Below, in pieces: positions 1-15,000 of a stretch of DNA of 64,000 nt. Origin of the DNA: Eledone cirrhosa. Its lineage: Eukaryota. Both the position numbers and the translations under genes were made by a program. The DNA is taken from NCBI GenBank assembly GCA_964016885.1, contig OZ024744.1:124310001-124374000 (forward strand), in the 5' to 3' direction. The first letter of the stretch is position 1, and each line of letters starts with the position of its first letter. The notes under the pieces are model-generated. The model ran no database searches. It saw only the letters and a list, made by a program, of their open reading frames with translations, and was not told the origin of the DNA.

Positions 1-3000
1 CCCATGACAGGTAGGACAATAGTCTGTAATAACTTGTCCAACCCATGACAGGTAGGACAATAATCTGTAATAACTTGTCTAACCCATGACAGGTAGGACA
101 ATAGTCTGTAATAACTTGTCCAACCCATGTATGTAGGACAATAGTCTGTAATAACTTGTCCAACCCATGTATGTAGGACAATAGTCTGTAATAATAATTT
201 GTCCAACCCATGTATGTAGGACAATAGTCTGTAATAACTTGTCCAACCCATGAAAGGTAGGTCAATAGTCTGTAATAACTTGTCCAACCCATGTATGTAG
301 GACAATAGTCTGTAATAACTTGTCCAACCCATGGCATGTAGGACAATAGTCTGTAATAACTTGTCCAACCCATGACAGGTAGGACAATAGTCGGTAATAC
401 CTTGTCCAACCAATGACAGGTAGGACAATAGTCTGTAATAACTTGGCCAACCCATGTATGTAGGACAATAGTCTGTAATAACTTGTCCAACCCATGTATG
501 TAGGACAATAGTCTGTAATAACTAGTCCAAACCATGACAGGTAGGACAATAGTCTGTAATAACTTGTCCAACCCATGACAGGTAGGACAATAGTCTGTAA
601 TAACTTGTCCAACCCATGTATGTAGGACAATAGTCTGTAATAACTTGTCCAACCCATGACAGGTAGGACAATAGTGTGTAATAACTTGTCCAACCCATGA
701 CAGGTAGGACAATAGTCTGTAATAACTTGTCCAACCCATGTATGCAGGACAATAGTCTGTAATAACTTGTCCAACCCATGTATGTAGGTCAATAGCCTGT
801 AATAACTTGTCCAATCCATGACAGGTAGGACAATAGTCTGTAATAACTTGTCCAACCCATGACAAGTAGGACAATAGTCTGTAATAACTTGTCCAACCCA
901 TGTATGTAGGACAATAGTCTGTAATAACTTGTCCAACCGATGTATGTACGACAATAGTCTGTAATAACTTGCCTAACCCATGTATGTAGGACAATAGTCT
1001 GTAATAACTTGTCCAACCCATGTATGTAGGACAATAGTCTATAATAACTTTTCCAACCCATGTATGTAGGACAATAGTCTGTAATAACTTGTCCAACCCA
1101 TGACAGGTAGGACAATAGTCTGTAATACCTCGTCCAACCCATGACAGGTAGGACAATAGTCTGTAATAACTTGTCCAACCCATGACAGGTAGGACAATAG
1201 TCTGTAATAACTTGTCCAACCCATGTATGTAGGACAATAGTCTGTAATAACTTGTCCAACCCATGACAGGTAGGACAATAGTCTGTAATAACTTGTCCAA
1301 CCCATGCATGTAGGACAATAGTCTGTAATAACTTGTCCAACACATGTATGTAGGACAATAGTCTGTAATAACTTGTCCAACCCATGACAGCTAGGACAAT
1401 AGTCTGTAATAACTTGTCCAACCCATGACATATAGGACAATAGTCTGTAATAACTTGTCCAACCCATGCCAGGTAGGACAATAGTCTGTAATAACTTGTC
1501 CAACCCATGACAGGTAGGACAATAGTCTGTAATAACTTGTCCAACCCATGTATGTAGGACAATAGTCTGTAATAACTTGTCCAACCCATGACAGATAGGA
1601 CAATAGTCTGTAATAACTTTTCTAACCCATGTATGTAGGACAATAGTCTGTAATAACTTGTCCAACCCATGTATGTAGGACAATAGTCTATAATAACTTG
1701 TCCAACCCATGTATGTAGGACAATTGTCTGTAATAACTTGTCCAACCCATGACAGGTAGGACAATAGTCTGTAATACCTCGTCCAACCCATGACAGGTAG
1801 GACAATAGTCTGTAATAACTTGTCCAAGCCATGACAGGTAGGACAATAGTCTGTAATAACTTGTCCAACACATGACTGGTAGGACAATAGTCTGTAATAA
1901 CTTGTCCATCCCATGACAGGTAGGACAATAGTCTGTAATAACTTGTCCAACCCATGACAGCTAGGACAATACTCTGTAATAACTTGCCCAACCCATGTAT
2001 GTAGGACAATAGTCTGTAATAACTTGTCCAACCCATGACAGGTAGGACAATAGTCTGTAATAACTTGTCCATCCCATGACAGGTAGGACAATAGTCTGTA
2101 ATAACTTGTCGAACCCATGTATGTAGGTCAATAGTCTGTAATAAATTGTCCAACCCATGACAGGTAGGACAATAGTCTGTAATAACTTGTCCAACCCATG
2201 ACAGGTAGGACAATAATCTGTAATAACTTGTCTAACCCATGACAGGTAGGACAATAGTCTGTAATAACTTGTCCAACCCATGTATGTAGGACAATAGTCT
2301 GTAATAACTTGTCCAACCCATGTATGTAGGACAATAGTCTGTAATAATAATTTGTCCAACCCATGTATGTAGGACAATAGTCTGTAATAACTTGTCCAAC
2401 CCATGAAAGGTAGGTCAATAGTCTGTAATAACTTGTCCAACCCATGTATGTAGGACAATAGTCTGTAATAACTTGTCCAACCCATGGCATGTAGGACAAT
2501 AGTCTGTAATAACTTGTCCAACCGATGACAGGTAGGACAATAGTCGGTAATACCTTGTCCAACCAATGACAGGTAGGACAATAGTCTGTAATAACTTGGC
2601 CAACCCATGTATGTAGGACAATAGTCTGTAATAACTTGTCCAACCCATGTATGTAGGACAATAGTCTGTAATAACTAGTCCAAACCATGACAGGTAGGAC
2701 AATAGTCTGTAATAACTTGTCCAACCCATGACAGGTAGGACAATAGTCTGTAATAACTTGTCCAACCCATGTATGTAGGACAATAGTCTGTAATAACTTG
2801 TCCAACCCATGACAGGTAGGACAATAGTGTGTAATAACTTGTCCAACCCATGACAGGTAGGACAATAGTCTGTAATAACTTGTCCAACCCATGACAGATA
2901 GGACGATAGTCTGTAATAACTTGTCCAACCCATGTATGTAGGTCAATAGCCTGTAATAACTTGTCCAATCCATGACAGGTAGGACAATAGTCTGTAATAA

Positions 3001-6000
3001 CTTGTCCAACCCATGACAAGTAGGACAATAGTCTGTAATAACTTGTCCAACCCATGTATGTAGGACAATAGTCTGTAATAACTTGTCCAACCGATGTATG
3101 TACGACAATAGTCTGTAATAACTTGCCTAACCCATGTATGTAGGACAATAGTCTGTAGTAACTTGTCCAACCCATGTATGTAGGACAATAGTCTATAATA
3201 ACTTGTCCAACCCATGTATGTAGGACAATAGTCTGTAATAACTTGTCCAACCCATGACAGGTAGGACAATAGTCTGTAATACCTCGTCCAACCCATGACA
3301 GGTAGGACAATAGTCTGTAATAACTTGTCCAACCCATGACAGGTAGGACAATAGTCTGTAATAACTTGTCCAACCCATGTATGTAGGACAATAGTCTGTA
3401 ATAACTTGTCCAACCCATGACAGGTAAGACAATAGTCTGTAATAACTTGTCCAACCCATGACAGGTAGGGCAATAGTCTGTAATAACTTGTCCAACCCAT
3501 GTATGTAGGACAATAGTCTGTAATAACTTGTCCAACCCATGACAGGTAGGACAATAGTCTGTAATAACTTGTCCAGCCCATGCCAGGTAGGACAAAGTCT
3601 GTAATAACTTGTCCAACCCATGACAGGTAGGGCAATAGTCTGTAATAACTTGTCCAACCCATGACAGGTAGGACAATAGTGTGTAATAACTTGTCCAACC
3701 CATGACAGGTAGGGCAATAGTCTGTAATAACTTGTCCAACCCATGTATGCAGGACAATAGTCTGTAATAACTTGTCCATCCCATGACAGGTAGGACAATA
3801 GTCTGTAATAACTTGTCCAACCCATGCATGTAGGACAATAGTCTGTAATAACTTGTCCAACCCATGTATGTAGGACAATAGTCTGTAATAACTTGTCCAA
3901 CCTATGACAGGTAGGAAAATAGTCTGTAATAACTTGTCCATCCCATGACAGGTAGGACAATAGTCTGTAATAACTTGTCCAACCCATGACAGCTAGGACA
4001 ATAGTCTGTAATAACTTGTCGAACCCATGTATGTAGGACAATAGTCTGTAATAAATTGTCCAACCCATGACAGGTAGGACAATAGTCTGTAATAAATTGT
4101 CCAACCCATGACAGGTAGGACAATAATCTGTAATAACTTGTCTAACCCATGACAGGTAGGACAATAGTCTGTAATAACTTGTCCAACCCATGACAGGTAG
4201 GACAATAATCTGTAATAACTTGTCTAACCCATGACAGGTAGGACAATAGTCTGTAATAACTTGTCCAACCCATGTATGTAGGACAATAGTCTGTAATAAC
4301 TTGTCCAACCCATGTATGTAGGACAATAGTCTGTAATAATAATTTGTCCAACCCATGTATGTAGGACAATAGTCTGTAATAACTTGTCCAACCCATGAAA
4401 GGTAGGTCAATAGTCTGTAATAACTTGTCCAACCCATGTATGTAGGACAATAGTCTGTAATAACTTGTCCAACCCATGGCATGTAGGACAATAGTCTGTA
4501 ATAACTTGTCCAACCCATGACAGGTAGGACAATAGTCGGTAATACCTTGTCCAACCAATGACAGGTAGGACAACAGTCTGTAATAACTTGGCCAACCCAT
4601 GTATGTAGGACAATAGTCTGTAATAACTTGTCCAACCCATGTATGTAGGACAATAGTCTGTAATAACTAGTCCAAACCATGACAGGTAGGACAATAGTCT
4701 GTAATAACTTGTCCAACCCATGACAGGTAGGACAATAGTCTGTAATAACTTGTCCAACCCATGTATGTAGGACAATAGTCTGTAATAACTTGTCCAACCC
4801 ATGACAGGTAGGACAATAGTGTGTAATAACTTGTCCAACCCATGACAGGTAGGACAATAGTCTGTAATAACTTGTCCAACCCATGTATGCAGGACAATAG
4901 TCTGTAATAACTTGTCCAACCCATGTATGTAGGTCAATAGCCTGTAATAACTTGTCCAATCCATGACAGGTAGGACAATAGTCTGTAATAACTTGTCCAA
5001 CCCATGACAAGTAGGACAATAGTCTGTAATAACTTGTCCAACCCATGTATGTAGGACAATAGTCTGTAATAACTTGTCCAACCGATGTATGTACGACAAT
5101 AGTCTGTAATAACTTGCCTAACCCATGTATGTAGGACAATAGTCTGTAATAACTTGTCCAACCCATGTATGTAGGACAATAGTCTATAATAACTTTTCCA
5201 ACCCATGTATGTAGGACAATAGTCTGTAATAACTTGTCCAACCCATGACAGGTAGGACAATAGTCTGTAATACCTCGTCCAACCCATGACAGGTAGGACA
5301 ATAGTCTGTAATAACTTGTCCAACCCATGACAGGTAGGACAATAGTCTGTAATAACTTGTCCAACCCATGTATGTAGGACAATAGTCTGTAATAACTTGT
5401 CCAACCCATGACAGGTAGGACAATAGTCTGTAATAACTTGTCCAACCCATGCATGTAGGACAATAGTCTGTAATAACTTGTCCAACACATGTATGTAGGA
5501 CAATAGTCTGTAATAACTTGTCCAACCCATGACAGCTAGGACAATAGTCTGTAATAACTTGTCCAACCCATGACATATAGGACAATAGTCTGTAATAACT
5601 TGTCCAACCCATGCCAGGTAGGACAATAGTCTGTAATAACTTGTCCAACCCATGACAGGTAGGACAATAGTCTGTAATAACTTGTCCAACCCATGACAGC
5701 TAGGACAATAGTCTGTAATAACTTGTCCAACCCATGACAGGTAGGGCAATAGTCTGTAATAACTTGTCCAACCCATGACAGGTAGGACAATAGTCTGTAA
5801 TAACTTGTCCAACCCATGTATGTAGGACAATAGTCTGTAATAACTTGTCCAACCCATGACAGATAGGACAATAGTCTGTAATAACTTTTCTAACCCATGT
5901 ATGTAGGACAATAGTCTGTAATAACTTGTCCAACCCATGTATGTAGGACAATAGTCTGTAATAACTTGTCCAACCCATGTATGTCGGACAATAGTCTGTA

Positions 6001-9000
6001 ATAACTTGTCTAACCCATGTATGTAGGACAATAGTCTGTAATAACTTGTCCAACCCATGTATGTAGGACAATAGTCTATAATAACTTGTCCAACCCATGT
6101 ATGTAGGACAATTGTCTGTAATAACTTGTCCAACCCATGACAGGTAGGACAATAGTCTGTAATACCTCGTCCAACCCATGACAGGTAGGACAATAGTCTG
6201 TAATAACTTGTCCAAGCCATGACAGGTAGGACAATAGTCTGTAATAACTTGTCCAACACATGACTGGTAGGACAATAGTCTGTAATAACTTGTCCATCCC
6301 ATGACAGGTAGGACAATAGTCTGTAATAACTTGTCCAACCCATGACAGCTAGGACAATACTCTGTAATAACTTGCCCAACCCATGTATGTAGGACAATAG
6401 TCTGTAATAACTTGTCCAACCCATGACAGGTAGGACAATAGTCTGTAATAACTTGTCCATCCCATGACAGGTAGGACAATAGTCTGTAATAACTTGTCGA
6501 ACCCATGTATGTAGGACAATAGTCTGTAATAAATTGTCCAACCCATGACAGGTAGGACAATAGTCTGTAATAACTTGTCCAACCCATGACAGGTAGGACA
6601 ATAATCTGTAATAACTTGTCTAACCCATGACAGGTAGGACAATAGTCTGTAATAACTTGTCCAACCCATGTATGTAGGACAATAGTCTGTAATAACTTGT
6701 CCAACCCATGTATGTAGGACAATAGTCTGTAATAATAATTTGTCCAACCCATGTATGTAGGACAATAGTCTGTAATAACTTGTCCAACCCATGAAAGGTA
6801 GGTCAATAGTCTGTAATAACTTGTCCAACCCATGTATGTAGGACAATAGTCTGTAATAACTTGTCCAACCCATGGCATGTAGGACAATAGTCTGTAATAA
6901 CTTGTCCAACCGATGACAGGTAGGACAATAGTCGGTAATACCTTGTCCAACCAATGACAGGTAGGACAATAGTCTGTAATAACTTGGCCAACCCATGTAT
7001 GTAGGACAATAGTCTGTAATAACTTGTCCAACCCATGTATGTAGGACAATAGTCTGTAATAACTAGTCCAAACCATGACAGGTAGGACAATAGTCTGTAA
7101 TAACTTGTCCAACCCATGACAGGTAGGACAATAGTCTGTAATAACTTGTCCAACCCATGTATGTAGGACAATAGTCTGTAATAACTTGTCCAACCCATGA
7201 CAGGTAGGACAATAGTGTGTAATAACTTGTCCAACCCATGACAGGTAGGACAATAGTCTGTAATAACTTGTCCAACCCATGACAGATAGGACGATAGTCT
7301 GTAATAACTTGTCCAACCCATGTATGTAGGTCAATAGCCTGTAATAACTTGTCCAATCCATGACAGGTAGGACAATAGTCTGTAATAACTTGTCCAACCC
7401 ATGACAAGTAGGACAATAGTCTGTAATAACTTGTCCAACCCATGTATGTAGGACAATAGTCTGTAATAACTTGTCCAACCGATGTATGTACGACAATAGT
7501 CTGTAATAACTTGCCTAACCCATGTATGTAGGACAATAGTCTGTAGTAACTTGTCCAACCCATGTATGTAGGACAATAGTCTATAATAACTTGTCCAACC
7601 CATGTATGTAGGACAATAGTCTGTAATAACTTGTCCAACCCATGACAGGTAGGACAATAGTCTGTAATACCTCGTCCAACCCATGACAGGTAGGACAATA
7701 GTCTGTAATAACTTGTCCAACCCATGACAGGTAGGACAATAGTCTGTAATAACTTGTCCAACCCATGTATGTAGGACAATAGTCTGTAATAACTTGTCCA
7801 ACCCATGACAGGTAAGACAATAGTCTGTAATAACTTGTCCAACCCATGACAGGTAGGGCAATAGTCTGTAATAACTTGTCCAACCCATGTATGTAGGACA
7901 ATAGTCTGTAATAACTTGTCCAACCCATGACAGGTAGGACAATAGTCTGTAATAACTTGTCCAGCCCATGCCAGGTAGGACAAAGTCTGTAATAACTTGT
8001 CCAACCCATGACAGGTAGGGCAATAGTCTGTAATAACTTGTCCAACCCATGACAGGTAGGACAATAGTGTGTAATAACTTGTCCAACCCATGACAGGTAG
8101 GGCAATAGTCTGTAATAACTTGTCCAACCCATGTATGCAGGACAATAGTCTGTAATAACTTGTCCATCCCATGACAGGTAGGACAATAGTCTGTAATAAC
8201 TTGTCCAACCCATGCATGTAGGACAATAGTCTGTAATAACTTGTCCAACCCATGTATGTAGGACAATAGTCTGTAATAACTTGTCCAACCTATGACAGGT
8301 AGGAAAATAGTCTGTAATAACTTGTCCATCCCATGACAGGTAGGACAATAGTCTGTAATAACTTGTCCAACCCATGACAGCTAGGACAATAGTCTGTAAT
8401 AACTTGTCGAACCCATGTATGTAGGACAATAGTCTGTAATAAATTGTCCAACCCATGACAGGTAGGACAATAGTCTGTAATAAATTGTCCAACCCATGAC
8501 AGGTAGGACAATAATCTGTAATAACTTGTCTAACCCATGACTGGTAGGACAATAGTCTGTAATAATTTGTCCAACCCATGTATGTAGGACAATAGTCTGT
8601 AATAACTTGTCCAACCCATGAAAGGTAGGTCAATAGTCTGTAATAACTTGTCCAACCCATGTATGTAGGACAATAGTCTGTAATAACTTGTCCAACCCAT
8701 GTATGTAGGACAATAGTCTGTAATAACTTGTCCAAACCATGACAGGTAGGACAATAGTCTGTAATAACTTGTCCAACCTATGACAGGTAGGACAATAGTC
8801 TGTAATAACTTGTCCAACCCATGACAGGTAGGACAATAGTCTGTAATAACTTGTCCAACCCATGACAGGTAAGACAATATTCTGTAATAACTTGTCCAAC
8901 CCATGTATGTAAGACAATAGTGTGTAATAACTTGTCCAACCCAATTCAGGTAGGACAATAGTCTAATAACTTGTCCAACTCATGACAGGTAGGACGATAG

Positions 9001-12000
9001 TCTGTAATAACTTGTCCAACCCATGTATTTAGGACAATAGTCTGTAATAACTTGTCCAAACCATGACAGGTAGGACAATAGTCTGTAATAACTTGTCCAA
9101 GCCATGACAGGTAGGACAATAGTCTGTAATAACTTGTCCAACACATGACTGGTAGGACAATAGTCTGTAATAACTTGTCCAACCCATGACAGCTAGGACA
9201 ATACTCTGTAATAACTTGCCCAACCCATGTATGTAGGACAATAGTCTGTAATAACTTGTATGTAAGACAATAGTGTGTAATAACTTGTCCAACCCATGAC
9301 AGGTAGGACAATAGTCTGTAATAACTTGTCCAACCCATGACAGGTAGGACAATAGTCTGTAATAACTTGTCCAACCCATGACAGGTAGGACAATAGTCTG
9401 TAATAACTTGTCCAACCCATGACAGGTAAGACAATATTCTGTAATAACTTGTCCAACCCATGTATGTAAGACAATAGTGTGTAATAACTTGTCCAACCCA
9501 ATTCAGGTAGGACAATAGTCTGTAATAACTTGTCCAACCCATGACAGGTAGGACAATAGTCGGTAATACCTTGTCCAACCAATGACAGGTAGGACAATAG
9601 TCTGTAATAACTTGGCCAACCCATGTATGTAGGACAATAGTCTGTAATAACTTGTCCAACCCATGTATGTAGGACAATAGTCTGTAATAACTAGTCCAAA
9701 CCATGACAGGTAGGACAATAGTCGGTAATACCTTGTCCAACCAATGACAGGTAGGAGAACAGTCTGTAATAACTTCTCCAACCCATAACAGGTAGGACAA
9801 TAGTCTGTAATACCTTGTCCAACCAATGACAGGTAGGACAATAGTCTGTAATAACTTGTCCAACCCATGTATATAGGACAATAGTCTGTAATAACTTGTC
9901 CAACCCATGTATGTAGGACAATAGTCTGTAATAACTTGTCCAAACCATGACAGGTAGGACAATAGTCTGTAATAACTTGTCCAACCCATGACAGGTAGGA
10001 CAATAGTCTGTAATAACTTGTCCAACCCATGACAGATAGGACGATAGTCTGTAATAACTTGTCCAACCCATGTATGTAGGTCAATAGCCTGTAATAACTT
10101 GTCCAATCCATGACAGGTAGGACAATAGTCTGTAATAACTTGTCCAACCCATGACAAGTAGGACAATAGTCTGTAATAACTTGTCCAACCCATGACAGAT
10201 AGGACGATAGTCTGTAATAACTTGTCCAACCCATGTATGTAGGTCAATAGCCTGTAATAACTTGTCCAATCCATGAAAGGTAGGTCAATAGTCTGTAATA
10301 ACTTGTCCAACCCATGTATGTAGGACAATAGTCTGTAATAACTTGTCCAACCCATGTATGTAGGACAATAGTCTGTAATAACTTGTCCAAACCATGACAG
10401 GTAGGACAATAGTCTGTAATAACTTGTCCAATCCATGACAGGTAGGACAATAGTCTGTAATAACTTGTCCAACCCATGACAAGTAGGACAATAGTCTGTA
10501 ATAACTTGTCCAACCCATGTATGTAGGACAATAGTCTGTAATAACTTGTCCAACCGATGTATGTACGACAATAGTCTGTAATAACTTGTCCAACCCATGT
10601 ATGTAGGACAATAGTCTATAATAACTTGTCCAACCCATGTATGTAGGACAATAGTCTGTAATAACTTGTCCAACCCATGACAGGTAGGACAATAGTCTGT
10701 AATAACTTGTCCAACCCATGTATGTAGGACAATAGTCTGTAATAACTTGTCCAACCCATGACAGGTAGGACAATAGTCTGTAATAACTTGTCCAACCCAT
10801 GTATGTAGGACAATAGTCTGTAATAACTTGTCCAACCCATGTATGTAGGACAATAGTCTGTAATAACTTGTGCAACCCATGACAGGTAGGACAATAGTCT
10901 GTAATAACTTGTCCAACCCATGTATGTAGGACAATTGTCTGTAATAACTTGTCCAACCCATGACAGGTAGGACAATAGTCTGTAATAACTTGTCCAACCC
11001 ATGTATGTAGGACAATAGTCTGTAATAACTTGTCCAACCCATGACAGGTAGGACAATAGTCTGTAATAACTTGTCCAACCCATGTATGCAGGACAATAGT
11101 CTGTAATAACTTATCCAACCCATGACAGGTAGGACAATAGTCTGTAATAACTTGTCCAAGCCATGAGAGGTAGGGCAATAGTCTGTAATAACTTGTCCAA
11201 CCAATGTATGTAGGACAATAGTCTGTAATAACTTGCCCAAACCATGACAGGTAGGACAATAGTCTGTAATAACTTGTCCAACCCATGCATGTCGGACAAT
11301 AGTCTGTAATAACTTGTCCAACCCATGTATGTAGGACAGTAGTCTGTAATAACTTGTCCAACCCATGACAGGTAGGACAATAGTCTGTAATAACTTGTCC
11401 ATCCCATGACAGGTAGGACAATAGTCTGTAATAACTTGTCCAACCCATGACAGCTAGGACAATAGTCTGTAATAACTTGTCCAACCCATGACAGCTAGGA
11501 CAATAGTCTGTAATAACTTGTCCAACCCATGACATGTAGGACAATAGTCTGTAATAACTTGTCCAACCTATGACAGGTAGGACAATAGTCTGTAATAACT
11601 TGTCCAACCCATGACATGTAGGACAATAGTCTGTAATAACTTGTCCAACCCATGACAGGTAGGACAATAGTCCGTAATAACTTGTCGAACCCATGTATGT
11701 AGTACAATAGTCTGTAATAAATTGTCCAACCCATGACGGGTAGGACAATAGTCTGTAATAACTTGTCCAACCCATGACAGGTAGTACAATAATCTGTAAT
11801 AACTTGTCTAACCCATGACAGGTAGGACAATAGTCTGTAATAACTTGTCCAACCCATGTATGTAGGACAATAGTCTGTAATAACTTGTCCAACCCATGTA
11901 TGTAGGACAATAGTCTGTAATAATAATTTGTCCAACCCATGTATGTAGGACAATAGTCTTTAATAACTTGTCCAACCCATGAAAGGTAGGTCAATAGTCT

Positions 12001-15000
12001 GTAATAACTTGTCCAACCCATGTATGTAGGACAATAGTCTGTAATAACTTGTCCAACCCATGACATGTAGGACAATAGTCTGTAATAACTTGTCCAACCC
12101 ATGACAGGTAGGACAATAGTCTGTAATACCTTGTCCAACCAATGACAGGTAGGAGAATAGTCTGTAATAACTTGTCCAACCCATGACAGGTAGGACAATA
12201 GTCTGTAATAACTTGTCCAACCCATGACAAGTAGGACAATAGTCTGTAATAACTTGTCCAACCCATGTATGTAGGTCAATAGCCTGTAATAACTTGTCCA
12301 ACCAATGACAGGTAGGACAATAGTCTGTAATAACTTGTCCAACCCATGACAAGTAGGACAATAGTCTGTAATAACTTGTCCAACCCATGTATGTAGGACA
12401 ATAGTCTGTAATAACTTTTCCAACCCATGTATGTACGACAATAGTCTGTAATAACTTACCTGACCCATGTATGTAGGACAATAGTCTGTAATAACTTGTC
12501 CAACCCATGTATGTAGGACAATAGTCTATAATAACTTGTTCAACCCATGTATGTAGGACAATAGTCTGTAATAACTTGTCCAACCCATGACAGGTAGCAC
12601 AATAGTGTGTAATAACTTGTCCAACCCATGACAGGTAGGACAATAGTCTGTAATAACTTGTCCAACCCATGACAGGTAGGACGATAGTCTGTAATAACTT
12701 GTCCAACCCATGTATGTAGGTCAATAGCCTGTAATAACTTGTCCAATCCATGACAGGTAGGACAATAGTCTGTAATAACTTGTCCAACCCATGACAAGTA
12801 GGACAATAGTCTGTAATAACTTGTCCAACCCATGTATGTAGGACAATAGTCTGTAATAACTTGTCCAACCGATGTATGTACGACAATAGTCTGTAATAAC
12901 TTGCCTAACCCATGTATGTAGGACAATAGTCTGTAATAACTTGTCCAACCCATGTATGTAGGACAATAGTCTATAATAACTTGTCCAACCCATGTATGTA
13001 GGACAATAGTCTGTAATAACTTGTCCAACCCATGACAGGTAGGACAATAGTCTGTAATACCTCGTCCAACCCATGACAGGTAGGACAATAGTCTGTAATA
13101 ACTTGTCCAACCCATGACAGGTAGGACAATAGTCTGTAATAACTTGTCCAACCCATGTATGTAGGACAATAGTCTGTAATAACTTGTCCAACCCATGTAT
13201 GTAGGACAATAGTCTGTAATAATAATTTGTCCAACCCATGTATGTAGGACAATAGTCTGTAATAACTTGTCCAACCCATGAAAGGTAGGTCAATAGTCTG
13301 TAATAACTTGTCCAACCCATGTATGTAGGACAATAGTCTGTAATAACTTGTCCAACCCATGGCATGTAGGACAATAGTCTGTAATAACTTGTCCAACCCA
13401 TGACAGGTAGGACAATAGTCGGTAATACCTTGTCCAACCAATGACAGGTAGGACAATAGTCTGTAATAACTTGGCCAACCCATGTATGTAGGACAATAGT
13501 CTGTAATAACTTGTCCAACCCATGTATGTAGGACAATAGTCTGTAATAACTAGTCCAAACCATGACAGGTAGGACAATAGTCTGTAATAACTTGTCCAAC
13601 CCATGACAGGTAGGACAATAGTCTGTAATAACTTGTCCAACCCATGTATGTAGGACAATAGTCTGTAATAACTTGTCCAACCCATGACAGGTAGGACAAT
13701 AGTGTGTAATAACTTGTCCAACCCATGACAGGTAGGACAATAGTCTGTAATAACTTGTCCAACCCATGTATGCAGGACAATAGTCTGTAATAACTTGTCC
13801 AACCCATGTATGTAGGTCAATAGCCTGTAATAACTTGTCCAATCCATGACAGGTAGGACAATAGTCTGTAATAACTTGTCCAACCCATGACAAGTAGGAC
13901 AATAGTCTGTAATAACTTGTCCAACCCATGTATGTAGGACAATAGTCTGTAATAACTTGTCCAACCTATGTATGTACGACAATAGTCTGTAATAACTTGC
14001 CTAACCCATGTATGTAGGACAATAGTCTGTAATAACTTGTCCAACCCATGTATGTAGGACAATAGTCTATAATAACTTTTCCAACCCATGTATGTAGGAC
14101 AATAGTCTGTAATAACTTGTCCAACCCATGACAGGTAGGACAATAGTCTGTAATACCTCGTCCAACCCATGACAGGTAGGACAATAGTCTGTAATAACTT
14201 GTCCAACCCATGACAGGTAGGACAATAGTCTGTAATAACTTGTCCAACCCATGTATGTAGGACAATAGTCTGTAATAACTTGTCCAACCCATGACAGGTA
14301 GGACAATAGTCTGTAATAACTTGTCCAACCCATGCATGTAGGACAATAGTCTGTAATAACTTGTCCAACACATGTATGTAGGACAATAGTCTGTAATAAC
14401 TTGTCCAACCCATGACAGCTAGGACAATAGTCTGTAATAACTTGTCCAACCCATGACAGATAGGACAATAGTCTGTAATAACTTGTCCAACCCATGCCAG
14501 GTAGGACAATAGTCTGTAATAACTTGTCCAACCCATGACAGGTAGGACAATAGTCTGTAATAACTTGTCCAACCCATGACAGCTAGGACAATAGTCTGTA
14601 ATAACTTGTCCAACCCATGACAGGTAGGGCAATAGTCTGTAATAACTTGTCCAACCCATGACAGGTAGGACAATAGTCTGTAATAACTTGTCCAACCCAT
14701 GTATGTAGGACAATAGTCTGTAATAACTTGTCCAACCCATGACAGATAGGACAATAGTCTGTAATAACTTTTCTAACCCATGTATGTAGGACAATAGTCT
14801 GTAATAACTTGTCCAACCCATGTATGTAGGACAATAGTCTGTAATAACTTGTCCAACCCATGTATGTCGGACAATAGTCTGTAATAACTTGTCTAACCCA
14901 TGTATGTAGGACAATAGTCTGTAATAACTTGTCCAACACATGTATGTAGGACAATAGTCTATAATAACTTGTCCAACCCATGTATGTAGGACAATTGTCT